Positions 25,969 to 38,748 of a DNA stretch of 64,000 nucleotides are shown here, one piece after another (position 1 is the stretch's first letter; each line of letters opens with the position of its first letter). The stretch is taken from the NCBI RefSeq assembly GCF_036321535.1, contig NC_087437.1, positions 95,048,001-95,112,000 on the forward strand, given 5' to 3'. The notes under the pieces are model-generated. The model saw only the letters and a list, made by a program, of their open reading frames with translations, did not search any database and was not told the origin of the DNA. This stretch comes from Camelus dromedarius (lineage: Eukaryota). Both the position numbers and the translations under genes were made by a program.

Positions 25969-27819
25969 TGCCTTTGTGGGGAGAAATAGTTTCATGCTGG
26001 TGTAGATACTTTGAATTAATAATATATCTTGAAGAAGAGAGAGTGAAGAGGAGGGCAACCAGAAAGAAAAGGGGAATTTTAGGAAGAAGGAATATGTGAA
26101 TAAAGAACAAAGCATATTTGCATGCATATTTGCATCTGACTTTTCTAGATCTGAGGGGAATTGTGGGAATTGGGGTTTAAAAAGGAAGATTAAGGTCAGG
26201 TTGGGGAAGGTTTGAACTGACAGGGCTAAGTGTTGTGGAATTTATCCTATAGCAATTGAGAACATTCAGCTTAAATAGCCATAGTCACTTTAGAAGAGAA
26301 AAGGGATAGTTTTATATCAATTCCTTTTCTTAAAGTTCCAGTTGAATCCTCTTTTCAAATTGCATGAAGAAACTGAAGGAAAAAAGCACTTAGTGTTAGG
26401 CAAAGTTCAGATTTTCACTGTTAAAATGTAATGGGGCTATTTCTTAGATTTGCTATAATTCACAAAATGTACGGGGCTATCACATATTGTGGTCATACAG
26501 AAAATTTGGGGGAAAACTTATATGTTCTTGTTCTCTTAGACAAAGGATTACCCTGTGCACTTTGATTGCTGACCCATTTTTATTTTTCTTCCAATGCAAG
26601 AATAGATTCTTTCTTGGTCATATTAAGTGAAGAAAGGTTCCTAAAACTTACAGCTGTGTGTAAAGTATAATATATAGCTTCAGTTAGCTGATGAAAATAT
26701 AGAGTCAACATAGGATTTGGGTGGAACTAAAATTGGGCAAATGCTGATGGGAAAGGAGAGACAGAAGGAGCAAGAGTTTGGTTACAGTTGGTGGGGGATT
26801 TGGGGCAACAGGAAGGTAGGAGTTATGTTTCTTTTGCCTTAAACAGGAAACTCTGTCAAGGAAAGGTAGGCTGCATGTAAATCCGGGTAAACAGAGGACT
26901 GGAATCCTGAGAGATCTGGCAGTTAGGATTATGTCTCCAGGTTCCTGATCATCTAAGCACAGGGGACTCTCAGGCAGAGTGGAAGCAGCCCTACAGAGGT
27001 CAGTCTCCACACTAATTCTAGGTGTAAACACCAATACTAATAAAACTTCATGATTGATTGGTTCTTTCCCCTCTTTTTCTTCTATCTTCAGGTGACTTTT
27101 TATGTCTCCACTTTGGGTTTCAGGGCAACACTGAGGTCAAACTGCATAGCAGGATGGAGGTCCACTCTTTTACTGCTGCTGTTATTTCTCTAAGTGCTCT
27201 CTCTGTCTTAACCCTCAGCTCTTGGTTTTGAGACCCTACGCCTTGCTGGAGCCACTCTAATGTGTGTGTTACAGTGAGTCTGGTCTTCTGCTTAGGACTT
27301 AGTTTACACCATACCAATTCTGATTAAAGTAGGAATTTAAAAACCACAAAAACAGTAAAACAGAACAGAACAAAATTAGGCTGACCTGTATATTTTTATG
27401 TAATTTATTTTAAATATTCCGTGAGTTAAGATCGTTATGCTGCCTTCAAGCAGGTAAAGCGTTTTAAGGATCAAAGTTGAATGTTAGGGAGTAATGGTCT
27501 GAAATGTCACATGAAGGTAGAAACATCATTATGTTCACCACTTAAGTACTGGGACTTACTGTTCCCTTTTATATTTGTTGCTAAACACCTTGGGCTGTGG
27601 AAGAGGTTGACAAATTAATTTCAGTCTCATATAATCACAGATTCAACAAATCTGTTTTTTCTTGAGCCCAATTTTACTGACTGGAAATAGGTGTCCTGAA
27701 AGCTTTAGCTTTGAAAAGGGACATTTATTACAGGCCTAATTTAGTGTCAGACTGCACTGAGTCTTCTTCACACACTGTTTCACTGAGTCCTCTCAATAGG
27801 TTTTATTTATTTATTTTTA

Positions 27820-27915
27820 AGTCAGGAAACTGACGGTAAGAGAGGTTAAGAAACTGGTGCCCCAAGTTTACACAACTAGTTAGAGGGCAGAGTGGGAATT
27901 CCAAAGTCCAGACCC
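27820..27915 (-). mobile_element. MIR relic
   Basis: 'aggaaactgacggtaagagaggttaag...gccccaagtttacacaactagttagagggcagagtgggaatt'. Confidence 0.7.
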
Positions 27916-29889
27916 CATCCCCTTTATCCCCTGGCCCTCAGCAATCCCTCTAGAGCAGAAGGAAGACCAGACAGGAAGGCATGCTGGTTTTATCTTTATG
28001 AAACCACAGATAAAATGGTTATAGAAGTTTTTATTTAACCTGATCAAATTCCCCTTATATGTAGGCAAAATCATGAAAATAGGTGATACAATCTTTCAAG
28101 TGCTTATTTATATGATACATTCGGAGGAAACCAAAAATGTTCATTTAACCGGCTTCTACTATCAGAGCTAGCCTGGAAAAGATTTAATTTAAATATAACT
28201 TTCTGCAATATCTTTATCTTGTAGATAAACATGTAAAGGTGAGCTGAGTCTAAGAGACTTGTCCTAGACAACTCACTTTTTAGGAGAACCAGCTTCTTTG
28301 ATTCTCAGACTGGCTCTTTTTTCTGCAGGGCCCCATATCCTGGTTTCATTCCCATGATAATAAAAATGCTAATGTATACCAGAAGAGCCCCCTACTCACC
28401 AGGAAAATTACTAATCAAATTGAACTTTCTGGTTCTGATTTAATTTGGTGGCATTAGTAGAGATGGTCTTAGGCTCTTGGGACAAAATTACTGAACACTA
28501 ATTTAAACTTGATGAAATATAATCTAATACAAAATTTAGCTTGAGCAACAAAAAAGTTAAATTATTATATTTGTATGTGTAAATAGAGACTTTCTATTTT
28601 GGATATGATGTTTGTTTCTCTTACAAATAAATTCTCAAATGAAGTATCTTTAAAAAATAGAAACAGACATTATTAGTTTATATTAGGTAAAAAATAAGAA
28701 AGAAAATCAGCAGTAGTGGAGCTTTGGTAGGAAAACCATTAGATGTGATCTCTTCACCTGTTAAAGCCAGCTGTCCCTTCTGGGATTTGGCTTTTGTGTT
28801 CTGAGAACCATTTCTATGAAAATCTAACGAGGAAACTCTAAACTGCTGGTGACAAGAGTAGCCTATTTTACAAACCACGCAGGAACCAGGATCAAGTATC
28901 AGAGTACAGATTCAGGCCTCTTTCTATTTTTCATATATTGAGTTTGGTGGCATTTTGTAAAACTATCTATCCTGCTTCCATTGCCAAGCTGACTAATTGG
29001 CTGGTCTGTTGACACCATCTGTCTAAAGAATCCACAGCCGCTACCATGACTTTTGGTTCAGCTTTCAGTAGAAACACATTCCATCAAGAAAGAAATTTTT
29101 TTTTTGTTTAATTTCGCAAGTCTAAAGTTGTGAATCACGTTGGAATTTCCTTTCTTTCTTTCGGTTTTTCAGTCTTTTTTGTTTTCTTTCTTTCTTTTTT
29201 AATTGTCCAGACACATTCATTTAATGTGGATTTTAATGATACATTAATAAAAATTGATACATTGGCCTATGATATGAATATGATATAGGATGCTTAAAAA
29301 TGTTTGAAAGGAAATAATCTATATATAACTTGTTTTTTTTTTTTAAAAAACTCTACGTAAGTCCATGTTTCTTAAAACAAGAAGAGTATACTGTTTTAAG
29401 AAAAATGCTTTTGATCTGATGAATACTTATGGTTTCATTTAGGTGGCTCACCTCTTCAGTCTTACAAGTTTCTTTTAGACCTAAACAGTATAAAGCTGAT
29501 TATATATTTTCTGAGAAAAATATAATAGACACTAAACGTTTTTTGAAAATGAATATTTTTTGAAGGAACTAAATTTAAGTGCACTTCATGTCCACCTCAG
29601 ATGTTATTATTAAGAATAAACACTTCATAATGGAAAAGAATCTGAACATATATGTATATATGTGAAAAAATAATAATTTCAGAAGAACTCAGAGAACCCT
29701 TTAAATGATAAACAGCTGGTATTTCTGGAACATCTTTTATGTGAGTGAATCAAATTCTTAGACCAGTACTACCTCCTCACTTCCCACTGAGAAATGCAGA
29801 AAGTACGCCAGAGCTCCTTTAGTTGGCTTTATTGTGCTTTATATGTATGCTTGTGTTGGAGGATGGAAGGAAGGAAGAGTACCCACTGA

Positions 29890-30370
29890 ATTGAGAAGGC
29901 ATCTTGAGACTGAAAACCAAAACAGGCAGCTCCATGTAATCAATGGTTCAGTCTATTATAGGGTAACTTACTCACAGGGTGGAATCTGGATCGGATGGAC
30001 AATGACCCAGAGGCATTTGCAGTTGCATTCTCTACCGCCGAGGGTCCACTGGGACAGTTTTACAGTTCCTAGGGTGAGGGCAGGTGCTTGGAAACAGGAC
30101 GTGGATCCCTAAAGTCAGATTTATGAATTGGTAACTAGCCTCTTGGGAACCAGGAATACATCAGGAAAGGTCTTCATCATTGTTTGGGGGCTAACAGAGC
30201 ATAGAGGCTACCTGGTCCTAATGATTATCAAACAATATCTATTAACTACAGTGCCTTTGATGACAGAGGAGTGATTCACTGCACAGCACAGTCTTGGGTT
30301 GAGTCAGTGAAAGGACAGAAGAAACTGTAAGAGCCCAAGATGGCGTCAGGGATGCTAACTGCCATACCAC
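29890..30370 (-). mobile_element. Possible old solo LTR
   Basis: GC-richer island with LTR-like reverse layout ('gagactgaaaacc...caggcagctcc...', 'caagatggcgtca'); family not identified. Confidence 0.3.
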
Positions 30371-30724
30371 TTGAAAGTGTATAAAAACCTGGGGTGATAC
30401 AAATACATTTAAGGTGTGGCTTTCAACTTAAGCTGTCAATAATTTAGTTAGAGAAAATGACATGCATGTAAAAGGTTAAATAATAAAAGACAATTTGAGT
30501 GTTGTTATAGATGACAAGATAATGTATCCTAGTATTTTTGGGGAAATAAAGAGAGCACGGATTGTACCTGTCTGGCAAGGCTTCATGGAAGAAGAGGAGA
30601 TAATTAGAAACTTGAAAGCAATGGAGAAGTGGAGAAGTGGTAGTGTAAATTCCCTAGCAAGGTCTCTGTAGTGACACAGTCCAGAAGAGGAAAAGCTTGA
30701 TTTAATAGCAGGGAAATGAGTAAA

Positions 30725-31180
30725 TTTAGGATTATTTGGTTTCAAGCAAAAGAAACCCATTCAATAACAAAAGGAAGATTCATAAACTCACATGCTCAAG
30801 CCACTGAAAACGCATGGGTGGCATCAGCCTTAAGGGGGAAAAGGAACGAATAATCAAATGGCACCAGTATGTTTTGGTTTACTCTCCTCTGTTTCCTCTT
30901 GTATGACTGTTTCATTTTTCTACTTTACAGATGAATCTTTTCCATTGCAAGAGCAAACATGATGCTTGGCAGCTCACAAACTAATAGCTTTCCCCTGCCA
31001 GCTCTAGGTAGGAAAATCCCGGGGAAGGATTCTCATTGTCCCAGCATTAGTCATATGTGCATTCCTGGACCAGTTAACTAGTGTGACCAGCCTGGGGCCT
31101 ATACTCACCACTGTGATCTAAGAATGGAGCCTGTTACCTGAAGGAGGAAAGGTGTACTGGCCCAAGACTTCTCCACTTTC
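30725..31180 (-). mobile_element. Old MaLR LTR (MLT1J/K-like)
   Basis: 'ggattatttggtttcaagcaaaagaaaccc...aaaatcccggggaaggattctcattgtcccagc...gtgcattcctggaccagtt'. Confidence 0.6.
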
Positions 31181-31951
31181 ACAAAACAGTGGCCACCATG
31201 AACAATTAATATGTAGCTGAAGAAAATTTCTCTTTGTTCCTTAACAATCACAGGCAGTGAACACTTTAAATAATCAGTGGAAGATACCAAGTCATGAATG
31301 GAATTAGGAATACCATTGAGTATCAAATCCTTTTACATGTTAGTGAGCTTATAATATAATTCTAGTTAGTATAGCCTTAACCAGAACCATGTATGTTGTT
31401 TATTTTTCAGTTATAATATCATTATCATAATTATTACATTGTTAAAGTCTCAAAATTGAAAATTCTTATGCTATTTTAAGGCAAACATGTTGATTCATTT
31501 TTTAAGTTCATGCAAGAGGTGATATTATGATTACATTATGATTACATCTATGACCTGGTTTTCAAAGCACCAGTGTTGAAGGAACTGTCCTGTTCGTTTA
31601 GTAGACCTTCCAAGATATCCTTTTTTTTTAAAAAAAATTGAGGTATAGTCAGTTTAAAATGGTGTGTCAATTTCTGGTGTACAGTACAATGCTTCAGTCA
31701 TATGTGAATATACATATATTCATTTTCACCTTTTTTTCCACCATACGCTACTACAAGATATTGAATATATTTCCCTGTGCTATACAGTATAACTTGTTTA
31801 TCTGTTTTATATATACCAGTCAGTATCTGCAAATCTTGAACTCCCAGTTCATCCCTTCCCATCCCCCTTAGCAACCACAAGTCTGTATTCTATGTCATGA
31901 GTCTGTTTCTGTTTTATGTATAAGTTTCTTTTTCTTTTTCTTTTTCTTTTT

Positions 31952-34900
31952 TTAGATTCCACATATGAGTGATATCATATGGTATTTTTCTTTCTCTTTC
32001 CAGCTTACTTCACTTAGAATGATATTCTCCAGGGCCATCCATGTTGCTGCAAATGGCATTATTTTATCATTTTTTTTGGTAGCTGAGTAGTATTCCATTC
32101 TATAAATATACCACATCTTCTTTATCCAGTCATCTGTTGATGGATATTTAGGTTGTTTCCATGTCTTGGCTATTGTAAATAGTGCTGTTGTGAACCTTGA
32201 GGTGTAAGTCTCTTTTAGAATTAAGGTTCTCTCTGGATATATGCCCAGCAGTGGGATTGCTGGGTCATATGATAAGTCTAGTTTTAGTCTTTTGAGGAAT
32301 CTCCATACTGTTTTCCACAATGGCTGCACCAAACTGCATTCCCACCAACAAGGTAGGAGGGTTCCGTTTTCTCCACACCCTCTCTAGCATTTATCATTTG
32401 TGGACTTTTGAATGATGGCCATTCTGACTGGTGTGAGGTGATACCTCATTGTAGTTTTGATTTGCATTTCTCTGATAATTAGTGATATTGAGCATTTTTT
32501 TATGTGCTTATTACGTTCGAATGTCTTTCTTGGAGAATTGCTTGTTTACGTCTTCAGCCCGTTTTTGGATTGGGTTGCTTTTTTTTTTTTTTTTCTTATT
32601 GAGCCATATGAGCTGTTTATATTTTCTGGAATTTAAGCCCTTGTCAGTCTCATCATTTGCAAATATTTTCTCCCATTCCATAGGTTGTCATCTTGTTTTG
32701 CTTATGGTTTCCTTTACTGTGCAAAAGCTTGTAAGTTTAATTAGGTCCCATTTGTTTATTTTTGCTTTTATTTCTATTGCTTCAGTAGACTGTTCTAGGA
32801 CAACATTGCTGAGATGTATGTGAGATAATGTTTTGCCTATGTTTTCTTCTAGGAGATTTATTGTTTACTGTCTTATGTGTAAGTCTTTAAGCCATTTTGA
32901 GTTTATTTTTGTGTATGGTGTGAGGGACTATTCTAAGTTCATTGATTTACATGCTGCTGTCCAGCTTTCCCAACACCATTTGCTGAAGAGACTGTCTTTA
33001 TTCCATTGTATATTCTTGCCTCCTTTGTCAAAGATTAGTTGACCAAAAGTTTGTGGGTTCATTTCTTGGCTCTCTATTCTTTTCCATTGATCCTTATGTC
33101 TGTTTTTTGTACCAATACCATGCTGTTTTGATTACTGTAGCTCTGTAGTATTGTCTGAAGTCTGGGAGGGTTATTCCTTCAGTCTCATTCCTTTTCTTCA
33201 GTAATGCTTTGGCAATTCTGAGTCTTTTGTGATTCCATATAAATTTTATTATGATTTGTTCTAGTTCTGTGAAAAATGTCCTGAGTAATTTGATAGAGAT
33301 TGCATTAAATTTGTAGATTGCCTTGGGCAGTATGGCCATTTTAACAATATTGATTCTTCCAATCCAGGAGCATGGGATATCCTTCCATTTGTTTAAGTCT
33401 TCTTTAACTTCCTTGATCAGTGTTTTGTAGTTCGCCATGTATAAGTCTTTCACCTCCTTGGTTAGATTTATTCCTAGGTATTTAATTACTTTGGGTGCTA
33501 TTTTAAAAGGAATTGTTTCTTTACTTACTTTTTCTGTTGATTCATTGTTAGTGTAATAAATGCAACTGATTTCTGTACATTAATCTTGCACCCTCTACCT
33601 TGTCAAATTCTTTTATTAGTTCTAGTAGTTTTTGTGTGGAACTTTTAGGGTTTTCTATATATAGTATCATGTCATCTGCATATAGTGACAGTTTTACCTC
33701 TTCTCTTCCAATTTGGATCCCTTTTATTTCTTTTTCTTGCCTGATTGCTGTGGGTAGGACTTCCAAGACTATGTTGAGTAGAAGTAGTAAGAGTGGACAA
33801 TGCTATCTTGTCCCAGATTTTAGTGGGAAGGTTTTCAGTTTTTCACTGTTGAGTACTATGCTGGCTATAGGTTTGTCATAAATAGCTTTTATTATTTTCT
33901 ATACCCACTTTGCTATGGGTTTTTATCATAAATGGGTGTTGAATTTTATCAAATGCTTTTTCTGAATCTTTTGAGATGATCATGTGGTTTTTGTCCTTTC
34001 TCTTCTTGATGTGTTGTGTCACATTGATTGATCTGCATATGTTGAGCCATCCTTGTGTTCCTGGGATGAACCCAACTTAATCTTGGTATATGATCTTTTT
34101 TATATGCTGTTGGATTCTGTTTGCTAATATTTTGTTAAGGATTTTTGCCTCTATGTTCATCAGTGATATTGGTGTGTAATTTTCTTTTTTGGCAGTGTCT
34201 TTTTCTGGTTTTGGTATCCGGGTGAAGGTGGCTTCATAGAATGAGTTTGGGAGTACTCCCTCCTTTTCAGTCTTTTGGAAGAGTTTGAGAAGGACCAGTA
34301 TGAGTTCTTCTTTGTATGTTTGGTGGAATTCTCCAGTGAAGCCATCCAATCCAGGAACTTTTTTGTAGGGAGGTTTTTTATTTGCTAATTCAATATCATT
34401 TCTAGTGATCAGTTTGTTCAAGTGGTCAGTTTCTTCTTGATTCAGTTTTGGTGGACATGTTATTTCCAGAAACTTGTCCTTTTCTTCTAGGTTATCCGTT
34501 TTGTTTCCATATAGTTGTTCATAGTGTTCTCATAAGATATTTTGTATTTCTGTGGTATTGGTTGCAATTTCTCCATTTTCCTTTCTTATTTTATTTGTGC
34601 TCTCTCTTTTCTCTTCTTGGTGAGCTTGGCCAGAGGTTTGTTCATTTTGTTTACTCTTTCAGAAAATCAGCTCTTGGTTTGATTGATTTTTCTATTATTT
34701 TTAAATCTCTATTTATTTCCTCCCTGATCTTCATTATTTCCTACCTTTTGTTGACTTTCAATTTTGTTTAATCTTTTTTTTTTCTAATTCTGTTAACTGG
34801 TAGGTTAGATTGTTTATTTGAGATTGTTCTTTTTTGAGGAAGGCCTGTATCGCTATGAATTTCCCTCGTACAGCTACTTTTGCTGCATCCCATAGATTTT

Positions 34901-35761
34901 GTGTGGTTGTGTTTTCATTGTCATTTGTCTCAAAGTATTATTTAATTTCTTCTTTGATTTCATTATTGACCTTTTTTTTTTTTTTTTTAGTATCATGTTG
35001 TTTAATCACCATGCTGTCATTTTTTTTCTCCTTTGTTTTTCTGTAGTTGATTTCTAGTTTCATGGCATTGTGGTCAGAATAGATGCTTGAAATAATTTCT
35101 GTCTTCTTAAATTTGTTGAGGCTTCTTTTGTGCCTGAGTAAATGTTCTATCCTAGAAAATGTTCCATATGCACTTGAAAAGAGTTTATATTCTGTTTTTT
35201 GGGGGGGAGGGTGTAATGTTCTGAAAATATCAACCAAGTTAACTGTTCTGTTGTATCATTTAGTTCCTCTGTTGCCTTATTAATTTTCTGTCTGGAAGAT
35301 CTGTCCAATGATGTTAATGGGGTGTTAAAGTCTCCTATTATGATTGTGTTCCCATCAATTTCTACATTTACATCTGTTAATATTTTCATTATGTATTTAG
35401 GTGTTCCTATATTGGGTGCATATATGTTAATGAGTGTAATATCCTCATCTTGTATTGCTCCTTTAATCATTACATAATGTCCTCCTTTATCTTTCTTTAT
35501 GGCTTTGTTTTAAAGTCTTATTTTGTCTGAAATCAGTATTGCTACTCCTGTTTTTTTGTCTATCCCAATTTCATAGAATATCTTTTTCCATCCTCTCACT
35601 CTCAATCTATGTGTGTCCTACTCCCTAAAATGGGTCTCTTGTATGTGGCATATTGTAGATTCTTGTTTTATTATCCAGTCTGCTACTTTATGCCTTTTGA
35701 TTGGAGCATTTAGTTCATTGAAATTTATAGTAATTATTGATAGATGTGTGTTTATTGCCAT
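31952..35761 (-). pseudogene. ORF2: LINE-1 ORF2 (endonuclease/reverse transcriptase), disrupted by stops and frameshifts
   Basis: ATG at 35761 (MAINTHLSIITINFNELNAPIKR); EN motifs INIYAPN, IIGDFNTPL, SDHN; RT motifs PISLMN and [10 protein letters not shown]-terminal [17 protein letters not shown] (damaged zinc knuckle); ends ISLICGI*. The 3810-bp span is split across many ORF-track fragments. Confidence 0.95.
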
Positions 35762-36117
35762 TTTGAACATAATTTTGCAGTTGATTTGGTATTTCCTCTT
35801 TGTTCCTTTCTCTCTCTTTTTGTTGTTTGATAATTTTTCTTTGTATTATCTTGGTTCCTTTTTTGTTTTTGTGACTCTATTGTAGCTTTTGGCTTGTGGT
35901 TACCCTGTTTTGTACATATATTAACCCATTACTATATCTGTTTGTTTTAAACTGATAGTAATATAAGCTCAAACCCATCCTACTGAGAAAAAAAAAAAAA
36001 GCAAAGAAAAGAAAATTGTTTTGTTGCTCCCCTCTCCCACCCTTAATGGTTTAGATGTCCTCTTTTACAAGTTCATGTTTATTCTGTTGTAATTCATTGT
36101 AGTTATCACCTTTCCAA

Positions 36118-37062
36118 TTATGATTTTCTTCTTTTTGTAGCATCCTGCTTCTTTTCTATTTGGAGTAGAACTTTCAATATTTCTTTTAGCATAAGTTTAG
36201 TGTTGCTAAATTCTTTTAGTTTTTGCTTGTCTGTGAAGTTCTTTATCTTTCCTTCTATTCTAAAGGATAGCCTTGGTGGATAGAGTATCCTAGGCTGCAT
36301 CTTTTTCTGATTCATGAATTTAAATATATCTTGCCACTCCTTTCTAGACTGTAGTGTTTGTTTAGAGAAATCAGCTGAAAACTTCATGGAGGGGGTCCCT
36401 TGTAACTAATTCTTTGTTTTACTCTTGCTGCCTTTAGAATCATTTCTTTATCCTTAACCCTGGCCATCTTGATTATAATATGTCTTGGTGTGGGTCTGTT
36501 TGGGTTCTTGTTTGGGACCCTCTGTGCTTCCTGTACATGGATATCTGATTCCTTCTTTAGGGTTAGGAAGTTTTCAGTCATGATTTCTTCAAATACCTTT
36601 CAATATCCTTTGCTCTTTCTTCTCCTTCTGGGACCCCTATTACGTGTAGGTTTGCACACTTTATATTATCCCATAGGTACCTTATATTGTTTTCATTAGT
36701 GTTTATTTGTTTTTTCTCAGCTGTTCTGATTGGGTGACCTCTGTTGTCATGTCTTCTAAGTCCCTTATTCATTCCTCTGCATTATCTAGCTTACTTTTTA
36801 CAGCCTTTGCTCAGCTCTTATCTCAGCAAATGAGTTTTCCAGTTTTAATGGGCTCCTCTTTATACTGGGCTCCTCTTTAGTTTCAGTTTTCTTTTGACAT
36901 GTTCTCTGTTTCTATTCACAATCTCTTTTAGTTCCTTCAATACTTTGATCACTCCTTTCTTAAAATCATGATCTAGTAGACTATCAAGGTCTATTTCATT
37001 GTCATTCCTTTAGGGGATTTCTCTTGTTCTTTTAATTGGGAGTGGTTCCTCTGCTTCTTCAT
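36118..37062 (-). pseudogene. ORF1: LINE-1 ORF1 (RNA-binding protein), frameshifted
   Basis: ATG at 37062 (MKKQRNHSQLKEQEKSP); conserved motifs LWDNIKCANLHVIGVPEGEE, QEAQRVP, RPTPRHIIIKM, ILKAAR, SADFS, PRILYP in successive frames. Confidence 0.93.
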
Positions 37063-37132
37063 TTTACTTATATCTCTCTGGCACTATGGATTATGGAGTA
37101 TCAGTTATCTACTGTAGTCCTGAAGAGGTTTA

Positions 37133-37170
37133 TTTACTTACTTACTTACTTACTTACTTATTTATTTATC
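37133..37170. repeat. (TTAC)n/(TTTA)n microsatellite in L1 5'UTR
   Basis: Direct observation. Confidence 0.9.
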
Positions 37171-37559
37171 TAAAGTGGATGTGGAAATGAAACCAAAAAA
37201 AGAAATATAAAAGAAGAAAAAACGATTTGAAAACATAGTATAATCACTAACAGAAGAACAAAATGAAGAGAAATAAAAATCAAGTTAAGACAAAATTTAA
37301 AAAAACTTAAAAGATTTGAAAACAGTGTAACCATTAACAGAAGAACAAAGCAAAGAAAAATATCAAATTGAGAGAAATTTTTAAATAATTAAAAATATTT
37401 AAAAGAAAAATTTAAAAGGGATTTAAAAATTAAAATTAAAACATTAAAAATTAAGAAAAAAGAAAAGTGGATGTGTTCCTGTGTGTTCTTAGTAATTTTG
37501 TCGAGAAGTCTTTCTTAAGCATGGGTGGTTGCCAAGTCTTCCTTCCATGCCTTTTGTCA

Positions 37560-38748
37560 GTTATCCCTTTGGTTGGGGGTGTGGCCGGTGCTGTGGTGGC
37601 CAGAGCCTGCCCTGGCTATTAAGCGGGGCCTCCTTTTGGTTCTGTGGTTGTAGTGCCTCCTGCCCTCACCCTGCTGGGTGAACTCCACTGGCTGGTTCCA
37701 GAACTCTCCAGTCACGCCCCCAGTCTGTGCTGCTCCTACAGCAGGTAGGCAGACGGGTCGTGTCTCCTCACAAAGCCGCGCCCAGGCGCCTCGCTCCAGC
37801 CCGGTAGGTGGGCGGGTCGCTCCCCATTTCATTCAGTGCCGCTCCTATGTGCCACGTAGAGTCTCAGAGAAAATGGCCGCACCAGCCCTGCCCCTGCTCT
37901 GTGCGGGAACTCCGCTCCTTGCTCGTTTGTCTTGGAGGCGCGAGTTCACAGAGGCCCGGGGCAGAACTTCCCCTCTGCCTGGGGCTGTAAATAAATCTCA
38001 GTCCCACCTATGAGGTTGCGGAGCCCCCAGGTAAGGATTCAGGTTTCCACCAGACCTCCGCCTGCACAGGAGCCGCGCCCAGGAGCCTGTGGCGGCTGTG
38101 GCTGCGCCCCGCCTCACTTCTCCAGAGAACGTGCCAGTAGTGGTGCTTCGGGGCTGAGGAGACGATGGCTACCTCGCCCCTCCTCCCAGGGCACATCAGC
38201 AGTGTTGCTTTGCTTTTTTTGTTGTTGTTTGTATTTTATGGGGACCCAGGCACGGCACACAGCCCACTGCAGTCCCCCGGGGCTGCCTCAGTGCAGCCGC
38301 CCCAGTCCTCCGCCGGCTTGGGCGGCCTGTCCCGCCCCCAGCTGCTGGCTTGCCTCTCAGGTTGGGTGTTGCAGGGACCCTTTGTGCTCGTTTAACTCAG
38401 TTCTGTCAGTCAAGGGGTGCTCTGTACAGATCCAAGCCTCGGAGGCTCCCCCTGCGTCCTGCTGACCTCTCCGTTGAGATGGGGAGACCCAGCGAAGGAG
38501 CGCTGTTCTCCTTTGCTGCTCCCTCCCTGCGGGACAGGTCCTGCACTATTTTCCTTTTTCTTCCTTCTTTTTTCCTTTTCTCCTACCAGATTTGTGGTGA
38601 ATTTTGTCTTTTGAACAAGGCGATGCTCTGTCAAAGTTCAGCAGGTGCTCTGATTGGCTGGGTGGGTCCGTGGATGTCAGTCTTGGTGTATTCGTGGGAA
38701 AGGGTGAGCTACGCGCGTCCTTCTACTCCGCCATCTTGGCCCTTCTCC
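37560..38748 (-). promoter_or_regulatory. CpG-island-like L1 internal promoter (5'UTR)
   Basis: The only clearly CpG-dense segment in the window. YY1 motif (rc of cgccatcttg, 38729-38738), CCAAT (rc of attgg, ~38653), GC boxes (gggcggg, ccgccc). Confidence 0.8.

Larger units (their letters stand above)
31625..38748 (-). mobile_element. Full-length LINE-1 (~7.1 kb), inactivated
   Basis: 5' end GGGAGAAGGGCCAAGATGGCGG (YY1 motif), CpG-rich 5'UTR, ORF1, ~350-bp spacer, ORF2, 3'UTR and A-tail. TSD ccaagatatcctttt (31610-31624) / ccaagatacactttt (38749-38763), 13/15 identical. Confidence 0.97.

Noticed and set aside
31638..36699. Numerous plus-strand hydrophobic ORFs
   Set aside because: Antisense shadows of A-rich L1 sequence, not genes.
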